Shown: positions 1-7,271, counted from the first letter of the stretch. The stretch: 13,873 bases of DNA from Candidatus Sysuimicrobiota bacterium (GCA_040289515.1 PSLI01000046.1:1-13873), one strand, 5' to 3'. The notes: generated by a model not told the origin, from the sequence alone. Program-made: numbers and translations.

Positions 1-191
1 AGCGGGCTGGCCCCCGGGTAGGCCAAGCTCAAGATGGCCCGCTCGGCCTCCACGCTCAGGGTGGGAGGCCGCCCGCGGCGCCGCCATCGGTAGAACAGGG
101 TGTGGGAGATCCCGAACTCCCCGCAGGCCTGGCCCACGTTGCGCAAGGCCTGTGCTCGGGCGATCACCCACAGGCGGAATGCGTGTACACG
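1..191 (-). mobile_element. Degenerate IS481-family-like transposase, N-terminal HTH fragment (continues off the left edge)
   Basis: The minus strand reads RVHAFRLWVIARAQALRNVGQACGEFGISHTLFYRWRRR-GRPPTLSVEAERAILSLAYPGASP. This matches the 'NVSxACxxFGISRxxFYRWxxR ... GRP' HTH of IS481/IS630-type transposases. No in-frame start follows the GGAG-rich SD-like tract at 195-208, and the usual linker between RWRRR and GRPP appears to be missing. Confidence 0.7.
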
Positions 192-224
192 GGACTCCCC
201 CTCTCCCCTACCGGGGTTGGCTTC

Positions 225-261
225 TTGTTTTGACGGGTTGTTTTGACGGGTAGGACCCGTC
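225..261. repeat. 13-bp tandem duplication overlapping a 7-bp inverted repeat
   Basis: TTGTTTTGACGGG occurs at 225-237 and 238-250. GACGGGT-agg-ACCCGTC is a perfect inverted repeat at 245-261. Confidence 0.85.
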
Positions 262-348
262 GTATGACCCTCGTTCACGTCTACACCCGCCGGCTCCGGC
301 CGGACATCGGGCGGGCACCGGATCCTGCACCCCGGCCCCTCGGTTCGC

Positions 349-367
349 TACACTAGGCGCGAGGGGG
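349..367 (+). promoter_or_regulatory. Putative -10 element (TACACT) and SD for the response regulator
   Basis: TACACT at 349-354, GAGGGGG at 361-367, ATG at 373. The same TAC(A/G)CT hexamer precedes three other + strand starts. Confidence 0.45.
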
Positions 368-372
368 ACCGT

Positions 373-1032
373 ATGGCAGGAGCAAAGATCCGCATCCTGA
401 TCGCAGACGACCACGGGATCGTGCGGGAGGGGATCCGCATGATCCTCGCCACCCAGGAGGACTTCGAGGTGGTGGGGGAGGCCAGCACGGGCCGGGACGC
501 CGTGGAGCTGGCGCGCCGCATGAAGCCGGACGTGGTGCTAATGGACATTAGCATGCCCGACATGAACGGCATCGAGGCCACGCGGCGGATCCGGGAGGAG
601 CTACCGTCCGTGCAGGTGCTAGGGCTCACCATGCACGAGGAGGAGAACTACGTGTTCCAGATGCTGAAGGCGGGCGGGGCCGGGTACGTTCTGAAGCGGG
701 CTGCCGCGGAGGACCTGGTGGCAGCGGTGCGAGCGGCTTACCGGAGGGAGGCCTTTCTGTATCCTTCCGTGGCCAAGCTGGTCGTGCGGGACTACCTCGA
801 GCGGGCCAGCCGCCGGGAACAGGACACCTCCCTGGACGGGCTGACCGAGCGGGAGCGGGAGGTGCTGACCCTGATCGCGGAGGGGCTTACCAACCAGGAA
901 ATCGCCCAGCGGCTGTACATCAGCGTGAAAACCGTGCAGACCCACCGGGCCCACATCATGGAAAAGCTGAACCTGCACGACCGCACCGAGCTGGTGCGGT
1001 ACGCCATCCGCAAGGGGCTCATCGAGCCGTAG
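373..1032 (+). CDS. NarL/FixJ-family response regulator (REC + LuxR HTH), 219 aa
   Basis: ILIADDH, DVVLMDISMP (phospho-Asp), GLTMH and GYVLK in the receiver. LTEREREVL...GLTNQEIAQRLYISVKTVQTHRAHIMEKL is a LuxR HTH. Good SD. Confidence 0.97.
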   Translation: MAGAKIRILIADDHGIVREGIRMILATQEDFEVVGEASTGRDAVELARRMKPDVVLMDISMPDMNGIEATRRIREELPSVQVLGLTMHEEENYVFQMLKAGGAGYVLKRAAAEDLVAAVRAAYRREAFLYPSVAKLVVRDYLERASRREQDTSLDGLTEREREVLTLIAEGLTNQEIAQRLYISVKTVQTHRAHIMEKLNLHDRTELVRYAIRKGLIEP

Positions 1033-1363
1033 CCGGGGACTGAGCCGGGCGGTCCCGCACCTGGGGCAGCAGCAGCCCGAGGCGGGGCTTGGGGACCCAC
1101 TCGTCTGCGGCGAAGCTGGCGACGGCCCGCCCGTACTCCCCCCTCGTCACCGGGTGTGGTCACCACCAGCCGCAGGGCCTGCAGGTTCTGCCGGAACACA
1201 GGCTCCACGCAGGCCGCAAAGTCTACCACCACCACGTCCAGGGGCTCCCTCAGGTGGGCCAGCTCCCCCCGGGAGGAGGCACCACCAGCCGGCCCCGACT
1301 CCGCAACAGCTCCGCGATGGCATCGCGGACAGCCCTGGACTTTTCCACCACGGCAATCCGCAT
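1019..1363 (-). pseudogene. Stand-alone receiver-domain gene with two frameshifts (~114 codons)
   Basis: SD-like GAGGGGG, then ATG at 1363: MRIAVVEKSRAVRDAIAELLRSRGRLVV. After a shift at ~1265-1280 it reads ELAHLREPLDVVVVDFAACVEPVFRQNLQALRLVVTTPGDE. After a shift at ~1140 it reads GEYGRAVASFAADEWVPKPRLGLLLPQV...*. The beta3 Asp, beta4 Thr and beta5 Lys of a REC fold fall in order. Confidence 0.7.
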
Positions 1364-1556
1364 GGGCTCGGCACCCCCTCGCCACCCGATTCCCCAGCTT
1401 CAGGCTACCCGCCCTGCCGAGGCCCCCGCCATCGGTCTGCGCACCGATCCTGGCCTGCCAGGCCCGGACAGAACCCTCCCGCCGGGCGGGCGCATCGGTT
1501 CCGCACCCAATGGTGCGCGTTGCTGTCCGGGGCCATGGTGGAAGCGGACGTGCGCC

Positions 1557-1939
1557 ATGAGGATCGGGAAGAAGGAGCCGCAGGACTACGCGGCGGTGTG
1601 CGGGCTGTACTGGGTCGGCAGCGCGTGGTACGAGGTGCTGCCGGCCACCTGTGTCACGCAAGAGGAAGCTGAGGCGCAGCTGGTGAACGTGTGCCCGGTG
1701 TACCGGTGCGCCCGGGACCGTGGGGTGGCGACTGCGGGGTGTGCCCTCCCTTCCCCTGCCCGCTTCTGACCAACCTGGCTTCGCTGAGCCGCGGCGATCG
1801 GCGCATCGAGTCGGCGGCGCTGCGAGCCCGCCTGGGGGACGAAGCGTGGGCGGAGTGGGCCCGGACGCAGCACCTGTGGCTGGCCTTCTGCCCGCTGCGG
1901 GACCGCACGGCCCGCGTGGCGCCCGCGGCGGCGGGCTAA
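1557..1939 (+). pseudogene. DUF3795-like Cys-rich putative metal-binding protein, frameshifted at ~1729
   Basis: MRIGKKEPQDYAAVCGLY...CPVYRCARDRGVA continues, after adding back one base, as DCGVCPPFPCPLL...RIESAALRARLGDEAWAEW...FCPLR to TAA at 1937-1939. CGL...CxxxxCxxxxG...CGxCxxFPC is the DUF3795 pattern. Confidence 0.7.
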
Positions 1940-1943
1940 TGGG

Positions 1944-2300
1944 CTACTGGACCACCAGCGTGCCGGTCGTCCCGGCTTCCTTGTGCCCGGGCACGCTGCA
2001 GTAGTACTGGAAGGTGCCTTTGGCGTTGGGCGTGAGGGTGACCGTGCCGGTCTTTCCCGGCTGGACCACACCCATCTTCACGTTGAACCGGTCCACCACG
2101 AAGTCGTGCTCGATCACGCCCTTGTTCTCCAGCACCAGCTGGACGGGCTGGCCGAGCTTGAACGTGAGCTTGTTGGGTACGAATGCGAACTCCCTGGCCG
2201 TGAATGCCACCCTCTGAGGCGCGGGCCCTGCCTGCAGCCCCGCAACTCCTAGGACCACTAGACCCAGGACACCAGCAAGCCTCCATCTTTTCACCGACAT
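1944..2300 (-). CDS. Secreted cupredoxin-domain protein, 118 aa (axial Met position is Thr)
   Basis: AAGGTGGTG before ATG 2300. N-terminal signal peptide. EFAFVP, ENKGVIEHDF and YYCSVPGHKEAGTTGTLVV cupredoxin motifs. Confidence 0.9.
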   Translation of the reverse strand: MSVKRWRLAGVLGLVVLGVAGLQAGPAPQRVAFTAREFAFVPNKLTFKLGQPVQLVLENKGVIEHDFVVDRFNVKMGVVQPGKTGTVTLTPNAKGTFQYYCSVPGHKEAGTTGTLVVQ

Positions 2301-2363
2301 CACCACCTTGCGCAGTACTACCCGAAGCCAGCCGTTCGGCGACATCGGTCACAAAACCGATTC

Positions 2364-2380
2364 TGTCACGGAGTTGTCAA
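2364..2380. promoter_or_regulatory. TGTCA direct repeat with 11-bp period; includes TTGACA on the minus strand
   Basis: TGTCAC at 2364-2369 and TGTCAA at 2375-2380, in the divergent cupredoxin/USP intergenic region. Another GTCAC lies at 2348-2352. Confidence 0.4.
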
Positions 2381-2481
2381 GCCCAGCGACCGCTCCGGAG
2401 GGCTGTAGTTTCACCGGCCCACGGCTACACTGGAGGGGGTCCAGGCGACGGTTCCGGACGGGCCCGAAGGGGGTGTCCCAA

Positions 2482-3387
2482 ATGCAGGTGCAGATTCGCA
2501 GGATCCTGGCTGCCACCGACTTCTCACCGGCTTCGGAGGGTGCCCTGCGCTGGGCGGACTTTCTGGCCAGCCGGTTCGGCGCCGAACTCGTATTGTTCCA
2601 CGCCCTCCAGGTGGACCCCACGCTGCTTCTGGGGCCTACGGGGGTGGCGGTGGACCTGGCCGCGCGCCTCGCGGCGGACGCGCAGCGGGCTGCGGAGGCG
2701 TCCATGCGGGAGCTGCAGCAGCGGTTTCCCTCCGCCCAAACCGTAGTGGAGGAGGCACCGGCCCGGGACGGCATCGTGCGGGCCGCCCGGAGGGTGGGGG
2801 CTGACCTGGTTTGCGTGGGCACCCACGGCCGCACAGGGCTGCCCCGGGTGTTGTACGGCAGCGTGGCTCAGCACGTGGTGGTGCACAGCCCCGTCCCGGT
2901 CCTCACGGTCCGGCACGACCCCGACCGGCCGGCCCGCGTCCGCTGCGTCCTCGCCCCCACGGATTTCTCGCCCGCCGCGGATGCCGCGCTCCCGTGGGCA
3001 GATCTGCTGGCCCGCACCTTCGACGCGCGGCTGATGTTGCTACACGTGGTGGAGGTCACCTACGAGACCCTGCTGGACGTCGCCTGGACTGCCGGCTTCG
3101 AGCCCGTAGGCGAGGCCATCGCCCGTCAGCTGGAGGAGCGCGCCCGGGCGGAGCTGGCCGCCCGAGCCAAGCAGCTGCCCCCGTGTGAGACGGTGGTGCG
3201 CACGGGCCTGGGCTCCGGGTTGTCGCGGCAGCGCATCCTGGAGGCCGCCGCGGAGGTGGGCGCGGACCTGATCGTGATGGGCACCCACGGCCGCACGGGG
3301 GTAGACCGCATCTTGTTCGGTAGCGTGGCCGAACACGTGGTACGCACCAGCTCCGTGCCGGTCCTCACGGTCTGCCACCGTCCGTAG
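2482..3387 (+). CDS. Universal stress protein, tandem USP domains, 301 aa
   Basis: Two repeats of IL(A/V)xTDFS ... ADL(V/I)xxGTHGRTG..R.L(Y/F)GSVA.HVV..S.VPVLTV. AAGGGGG upstream of ATG 2482 and TACACT at 2426-2431. Confidence 0.95.
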   Translation: MQVQIRRILAATDFSPASEGALRWADFLASRFGAELVLFHALQVDPTLLLGPTGVAVDLAARLAADAQRAAEASMRELQQRFPSAQTVVEEAPARDGIVRAARRVGADLVCVGTHGRTGLPRVLYGSVAQHVVVHSPVPVLTVRHDPDRPARVRCVLAPTDFSPAADAALPWADLLARTFDARLMLLHVVEVTYETLLDVAWTAGFEPVGEAIARQLEERARAELAARAKQLPPCETVVRTGLGSGLSRQRILEAAAEVGADLIVMGTHGRTGVDRILFGSVAEHVVRTSSVPVLTVCHRP

Positions 3388-3667
3388 CGCCGGGCGATCC
3401 CGGAGGGCACTCCGGCCCGTACGCGATCCTGCACCGAGACGACCGGCACCGCCCGGCAGCAATTGCCTGGCGTGAGTTGGTGGATTGCAGCGAGACCCTC
3501 GCCACGCACAGCTACGGTGGCCGACCGGTCCTGCCGGTAGTGGAATCTGCCTATGCGAGAGTGCGTTCCCGAGGTTGCCTCCGCCATCCACGTGGACTTT
3601 GCCGCGCAAGGATTCTGCCTGGTACCCGACGCGAGCTGAAGCCAGGGACGGAGAGGAGGCGAGGCTG

Positions 3668-4021
3668 TTGACCCCACGCGATCTGACGTTGTCTGCTGTG
3701 CTAGCGGCCCTGACCGCGGTGTGCGCCCAGCTGAGCTTCACCCTGCCCGGGATCTCCAGCGTGCCCTTCACGCTGCAGGTGTTCGCCGTGGTGCTGGCAG
3801 GTCTGTGCCTGGGCGCCCGCCGGGGCTTCGTCTCCCAGCTGGTGTACCCGCTGCCTGGGGTGGCAGGGCTGCCGGTGTTCGCGCAGCTCCGGGGCGGGCT
3901 GTCTGTGTTGGTGGGCCCCACCGCGGGTTACCTGTGGGCCTTTCCGCTGGCCGCGGCGGTGGCGGGCGGGGGGGCGCGTACGGCCGTGGCTTCCGTGGCG
4001 CGACCCCACCTGGTCCGCTAG
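3668..4021 (+). pseudogene. bioY: Biotin transporter BioY, shortened to 117 aa
   Basis: GAGGAGG SD before TTG 3668. VPFTLQVFAVVLAGLCLGARRG, GLPVFA and GPTAGYLWAFP are BioY motifs. The C-terminal TM helices are missing, and YPLPG stands where YLLLG is expected. Confidence 0.8.
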
Positions 4022-4089
4022 CCGATGCTTGCACATTGGGGGCTGATCTGAGCCCGGTCAGCCGGGCAGGGCCTGGCCGGGATGGCTCG

Positions 4090-4118
4090 GGTACCTGGAA
4101 TCGGTACCAGGTACCTGG
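4090..4118. repeat. Inverted/direct repeat cluster between convergent genes (possible terminator hairpin)
   Basis: GGTACCTGG (4090-4098) pairs with CCAGGTACC (4107-4115). GGTACCTGG recurs at 4110-4118, giving three GGTACC in 26 bp. Confidence 0.5.
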
Positions 4119-4155
4119 GGCATCCATTCATTACTTGAGCCCCCTCTTTGACCAT

Positions 4156-4704
4156 TCATGGCAACTCCAGCGGCACTACAGGTTCCCCATGCACGCCTAG
4201 GACTTGCATCTCACGCCAGCCCCCGTCCATCAGGTTGCGGGGTAGTGCCAGGACGAAGGTGCGCGGGGAGAAGTCCGCGGTGCACATCCCCGGCCCGGTG
4301 GGCCGATCCAGGCGAATCCGGAGTCGACCGCTGGCACCATCGAAGGTGATCTCCCCGACCCGGAACGGACAGGTGCTGGATTCACCGGTGCCCAAAAGCA
4401 AGATCACTTCCCGATCCCAACGGACCGACGGCACCTGGACCTGGAGGCCGAAGTAGGACCACAGTTCTTGAAGTTTGTCCTGGTCCGTTGCTACGCGGAT
4501 CAGGACGTCCTTTGGCGCAATGCTGAAGAAGTCAGCGGGCAGCGTTTTCTCCGTGGCCACCACGCGGAACGTAATCTGCATCAGGTCCCTTCCGTCCGCA
4601 GCATCCCTCCCGCTGCCCGTATCCGAGCCCCTGCAGGCGCTGGCGAGGGCCGCAAGCAGCACCAGCGCCATCCCCAGGATTCCGAAGGCGCGGCGTTCAA
4701 CCAT
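4156..4704 (-). CDS. Lipoprotein, PrcB C-terminal-like domain, 182 aa
   Basis: Strong SD AGGAGAGGAGG before ATG 4704. Lipobox LASA-C. ELW..F....PSVRWDREVILLLGTGESSTCP...CTADFSPRTFVLALP resembles the PrcB_C-type pattern (family call less certain than the CDS). Confidence 0.8.
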   Translation of the reverse strand: MVERRAFGILGMALVLLAALASACRGSDTGSGRDAADGRDLMQITFRVVATEKTLPADFFSIAPKDVLIRVATDQDKLQELWSYFGLQVQVPSVRWDREVILLLGTGESSTCPFRVGEITFDGASGRLRIRLDRPTGPGMCTADFSPRTFVLALPRNLMDGGWREMQVLGVHGEPVVPLELP

Positions 4705-4797
4705 AGTGCGTCCTCCTCTCCTGTCGGCACGCTGCCTATTGCAGCGCCGTGCGCAGCAGATACTACTGCTCGCCATCCCGCACCTCCACCTCTGGTC

Positions 4798-4828
4798 AAA
4801 AAGGGGGCCGGGGAGCAACCCCGGCCCC
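4798..4828 (-). terminator. Rho-independent terminator closing the copper-oxidase operon
   Basis: Minus strand GGGGCCGGGG-TTGCT-CCCCGGCCCC-C-TTTTT: a perfect 10-bp stem plus U tract, 14 nt after the stop at 4843. Confidence 0.9.
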
Positions 4829-4842
4829 GCCATTCGGATCGC

Positions 4843-5577
4843 TTAGTGAGTCACCAGGTTTCCCACCTCCTCCTCGATATTGGACATGGCACGAAAGTAG
4901 GCGATCTGCAGGCCTCCGGCCGTAGGCCGCACGTAGTCGCGCCAGGTAGCCGTGAACTTAAAGGGTTCGACCTCGGAAACAATCACTGCTTCCTGAGGGA
5001 CACCCAAGCGGGCCGCAAGCCTCCGGACGGCTGTTGCGTCCGTGCCGGGTTCGATCCCCACGTGCACTCGGTTCAGCCGCTCATCGGCGTCAACGAACAC
5101 TACGCCAGGGATGCCGAGCGCTTCGCGTCGCGCGTGCTTCCACGTCAGCAGCTGGGCGACGTCGTATGTGCCCAGGCGCACTTGGACATCATCCGGGCCG
5201 ACTGCGCGGGCGCTAGCCACCCGGCCTGCCTTGCCCCCGGCCAGAAGCCCGGCCACCGCCGCCCGAGCCGCTGCGGCTTTACTCATGTCCCTCAGGTACA
5301 CCGTGGGCCTACCTTCAACCACCCGAGGCGGGTCTCCGAAGGTGACCAGGAGGCTGACCACCCTGGGGTTGTACAGGAGCCAGCGCACCTGTTCCGCCAG
5401 AGCAGCGTCCGAGACGCGGGTGAAGAAACGGTACACCAGGGCCGGATCCGACAGCCCGTGGTAGAAGGCGATCAGGGCGTCCTCGTCCTGCGGTCGGGCT
5501 GCCCGCACGCGTACCGCGGTGCCATCGCGCAGCACCACCTCTGTCTCCCACGCGAGGGAAGCGGATCGGTCGCTCAC
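4843..5577 (-). pseudogene. In-frame chimera (244 aa): truncated GNAT N-terminus + secreted serine-protease propeptide-like region + short C-terminal tail
   Basis: GTG 5577 overlaps the upstream TGA and has SD GGAGG. VVLRDGTAVRVRAARPQDEDALIAFYHGLS...YRFF is the start of a Pat/acyl-CoA-synthetase-associated GNAT. GRPTVYLRD...YDVAQL...PGVVFVDADERLNRVHVGIE...RLGVPQEAVIV...RPTAGGLQI resembles an alpha-lytic/S1 pro-region and mature start. Confidence 0.6.
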
Positions 5578-5768
5578 GACCCAGCCTCCGCTGCCTGCAG
5601 CTCGCTGGCGTCCACGCCCACCACCCCGTCCAGGCCCCGCACGCACAGAGCCACCAGGCGCGCCTCCGCGGCCGAGCTCAGGGTGCCCTGCAGCCGCATC
5701 GCCCCCTCGCGAACCTCCACCTGCACCGAGCTGGTGGGGACCTCCAGCGCCCGCAGGCGGGACGTCAC
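5574..5768 (-). CDS. Minimal BON-domain protein or remnant, 64 aa
   Basis: VQVEVREGAMRLQGTLSSAAEARLVALCVRGLDGVVGV fits the BON pattern (I.V.V..G.V.L.G.V.......A...A..V.GV..V). GTG 5768 overlaps the cupredoxin TGA (GTGA). Confidence 0.65.
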   Translation of the reverse strand: MTSRLRALEVPTSSVQVEVREGAMRLQGTLSSAAEARLVALCVRGLDGVVGVDASELQAAEAGS

Positions 5769-6175
5769 CGCACCACGAGGGTACCGTGCATCCCCGACTG
5801 TTTGTGGCCCCCCACCGTGCACTCAAAGGGGTAAGTGCCCGGCTTGAGGTCCAGGGCCACCACCTTCTCCTTCTTGGCCGCGATGTACTCCGTCTGGACC
5901 CCGAGGGCAGGGATGGCGAAGTCGTGGGGGATGACGCCCTCGTTGCGCAGCACCAGCTCCACCCGCCCCGCCTGAACCTCCAGCCGGGCCGGCTCGAACC
6001 TGAACTCCCTCATTCGCACCTCGAGCCGCTGGGCCCCGGGCCGGGCCGCCTCTGACCGGGTGCCCTCCGTGGCCGGAGCGCGCAGCAGCGTCCACACGAC
6101 GCCCACCACGCCCAGGAAGGCGGCCAGGCTCAACCACCACGCGGTGCGTCCCAGCAGGCGGTCCGTGGCGTCCAT
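5765..6175 (-). CDS. Membrane-anchored cupredoxin (type-1 blue copper), 136 aa
   Basis: N-terminal TM helix. EFRFEP, RNEGVIPHDF and FECTVGGHKQSGMHGTLVV give a complete His/Cys/His/Met set. It starts 1 nt after the oxidase stop. Confidence 0.93.
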   Translation of the reverse strand: MDATDRLLGRTAWWLSLAAFLGVVGVVWTLLRAPATEGTRSEAARPGAQRLEVRMREFRFEPARLEVQAGRVELVLRNEGVIPHDFAIPALGVQTEYIAAKKEKVVALDLKPGTYPFECTVGGHKQSGMHGTLVVR

Positions 6176-6176
6176 G

Positions 6177-7271
6177 TCAGGGCTCCACCACGAACACGCC
6201 GATCATGCCCGCGTCCGCGTGGTTCACCACGTGGCAGTGGAACAGCCACAGCCCCGGGTGCTTGAACTCCAGCAGAAGGGTGTCCACCGTCCCGCTCAGC
6301 AACGGGACCACGTTGCCCGGCCACGGGCGCCCCTGCAGGACCGCCAGGGACACGTGCGGCACCTCGTGTGCGTGGAAGGTGTGATCCAGGTTGCCGATGT
6401 TGTACACGTGCAGCTTGATGGCCTCGCCCGCCTTCAGCTTGAAGTACGGGACCGTCTTCCCCAGCTGGGCCACCACGCCCTGGAGCCCCTGCGTCTTGAA
6501 GATCTCCTCCAGGGCGAGCTCCCCGCCGGGGATGCCCTTTCCGTTCATGATGTAAAAGGGCGGGTTGGGGCCGGCCCGCAAAGGACCGGTCTCCGCCATG
6601 AACACCACGCCCTCCCGCATGGGCTTGAGGGCGGGGTCCTCCACCAGGAGGGCGCCGTACAGGCCCTGCAGGATGTGCTGGTTGATGGGGAACTCGCGGT
6701 CCGCCGCGTGGCAGTGGTAGTAGGTGGCCCCTGCCTCCTCTGCCACGAATTCGTACACGTACTCTTTCCCGGGCGGGATCATCGCTTGCGGAGCACGGCC
6801 CGTGATCACGTTGGCCTGCGAGCCGTCCATCTCCAGGGGGTAGCGGGCCAGGTGCGCGTGAAAGCTGTGGGTCCGGTTGTGCCGGTTGACGATCCGGACC
6901 CGCAGGATTTCGCCCTTCCGCACCCGCAGGGTGGGGCCGGGAACGGTGCCGTTGAACGTCCACGCGCGCCAGCGGTTCCCGCCGCCCATGTCGAGCACCT
7001 TTTCCTGGATCACCAGGGTGTACTCCCGCACCGTCCGCCCGTTCCTCGTGGAGACCTGGGCCTGCAGTTGCTCTGCGTCATCGGGCAGCACCCCCGCCAC
7101 CCGCGCCGCGGCCTCCGCGGCCCTCGGCCCGCCCATGAGCAGATCCATGAACATCCCTTGCGCTCCGTGCTGGTGTTGTGTTGCCGGCCCCACGCGCCCC
7201 GGCCCTGCCAAGAACCCGCTTAGGACGAGCCCTGAGGCCACCAGCACCGCACCCGCTGTCCTCCACCACAC
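6177..7271 (-). CDS. Exported two-domain multicopper oxidase, ~364 aa
   Basis: AAGGAGG SD before GTG 7271, then a hydrophobic signal and WTFNGTVPGPTLRV. Cu motifs: HSFHAH (6852-6869), HCH-x10-H-x4-L (6660-6716), HTFHAH (6366-6383) and HCHVVNHADAGM (6204-6239). Confidence 0.93.
   Translation of the reverse strand: MWWRTAGAVLVASGLVLSGFLAGPGRVGPATQHQHGAQGMFMDLLMGGPRAAEAAARVAGVLPDDAEQLQAQVSTRNGRTVREYTLVIQEKVLDMGGGNRWRAWTFNGTVPGPTLRVRKGEILRVRIVNRHNRTHSFHAHLARYPLEMDGSQANVITGRAPQAMIPPGKEYVYEFVAEEAGATYYHCHAADREFPINQHILQGLYGALLVEDPALKPMREGVVFMAETGPLRAGPNPPFYIMNGKGIPGGELALEEIFKTQGLQGVVAQLGKTVPYFKLKAGEAIKLHVYNIGNLDHTFHAHEVPHVSLAVLQGRPWPGNVVPLLSGTVDTLLLEFKHPGLWLFHCHVVNHADAGMIGVFVVEP

Noticed and set aside
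1502..1517. CGCACC-caat-GGTGCG palindrome upstream of the DUF3795-like gene
   Set aside because: A 6-bp GC-rich arm is expected by chance here, and it has no second copy.
321..3435. GATCCTGCACC present at both 321-331 and 3425-3435
   Set aside because: A single 11-mer match in GC-rich sequence with no consistent flanks is likely coincidence.
3430..3650. Possible gene remnant or regulatory RNA upstream of bioY (ELVDCSETLATHSY.../ECVPEVASAIHVDFAAQG)
   Set aside because: There is no start signal, family motif, BirA-type palindrome or riboswitch consensus that I can recognise.
4468..7223. Long + strand ORFs 4468-5847 and 6060-7223
   Set aside because: They are antisense shadows of well-supported minus-strand genes and have no motifs.
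6177..7271. Calling the oxidase copper nitrite reductase (nirK)
   Set aside because: HCH and HxH occur in both domains, giving the full T2/T3 His set of an oxidase, which NirK lacks.
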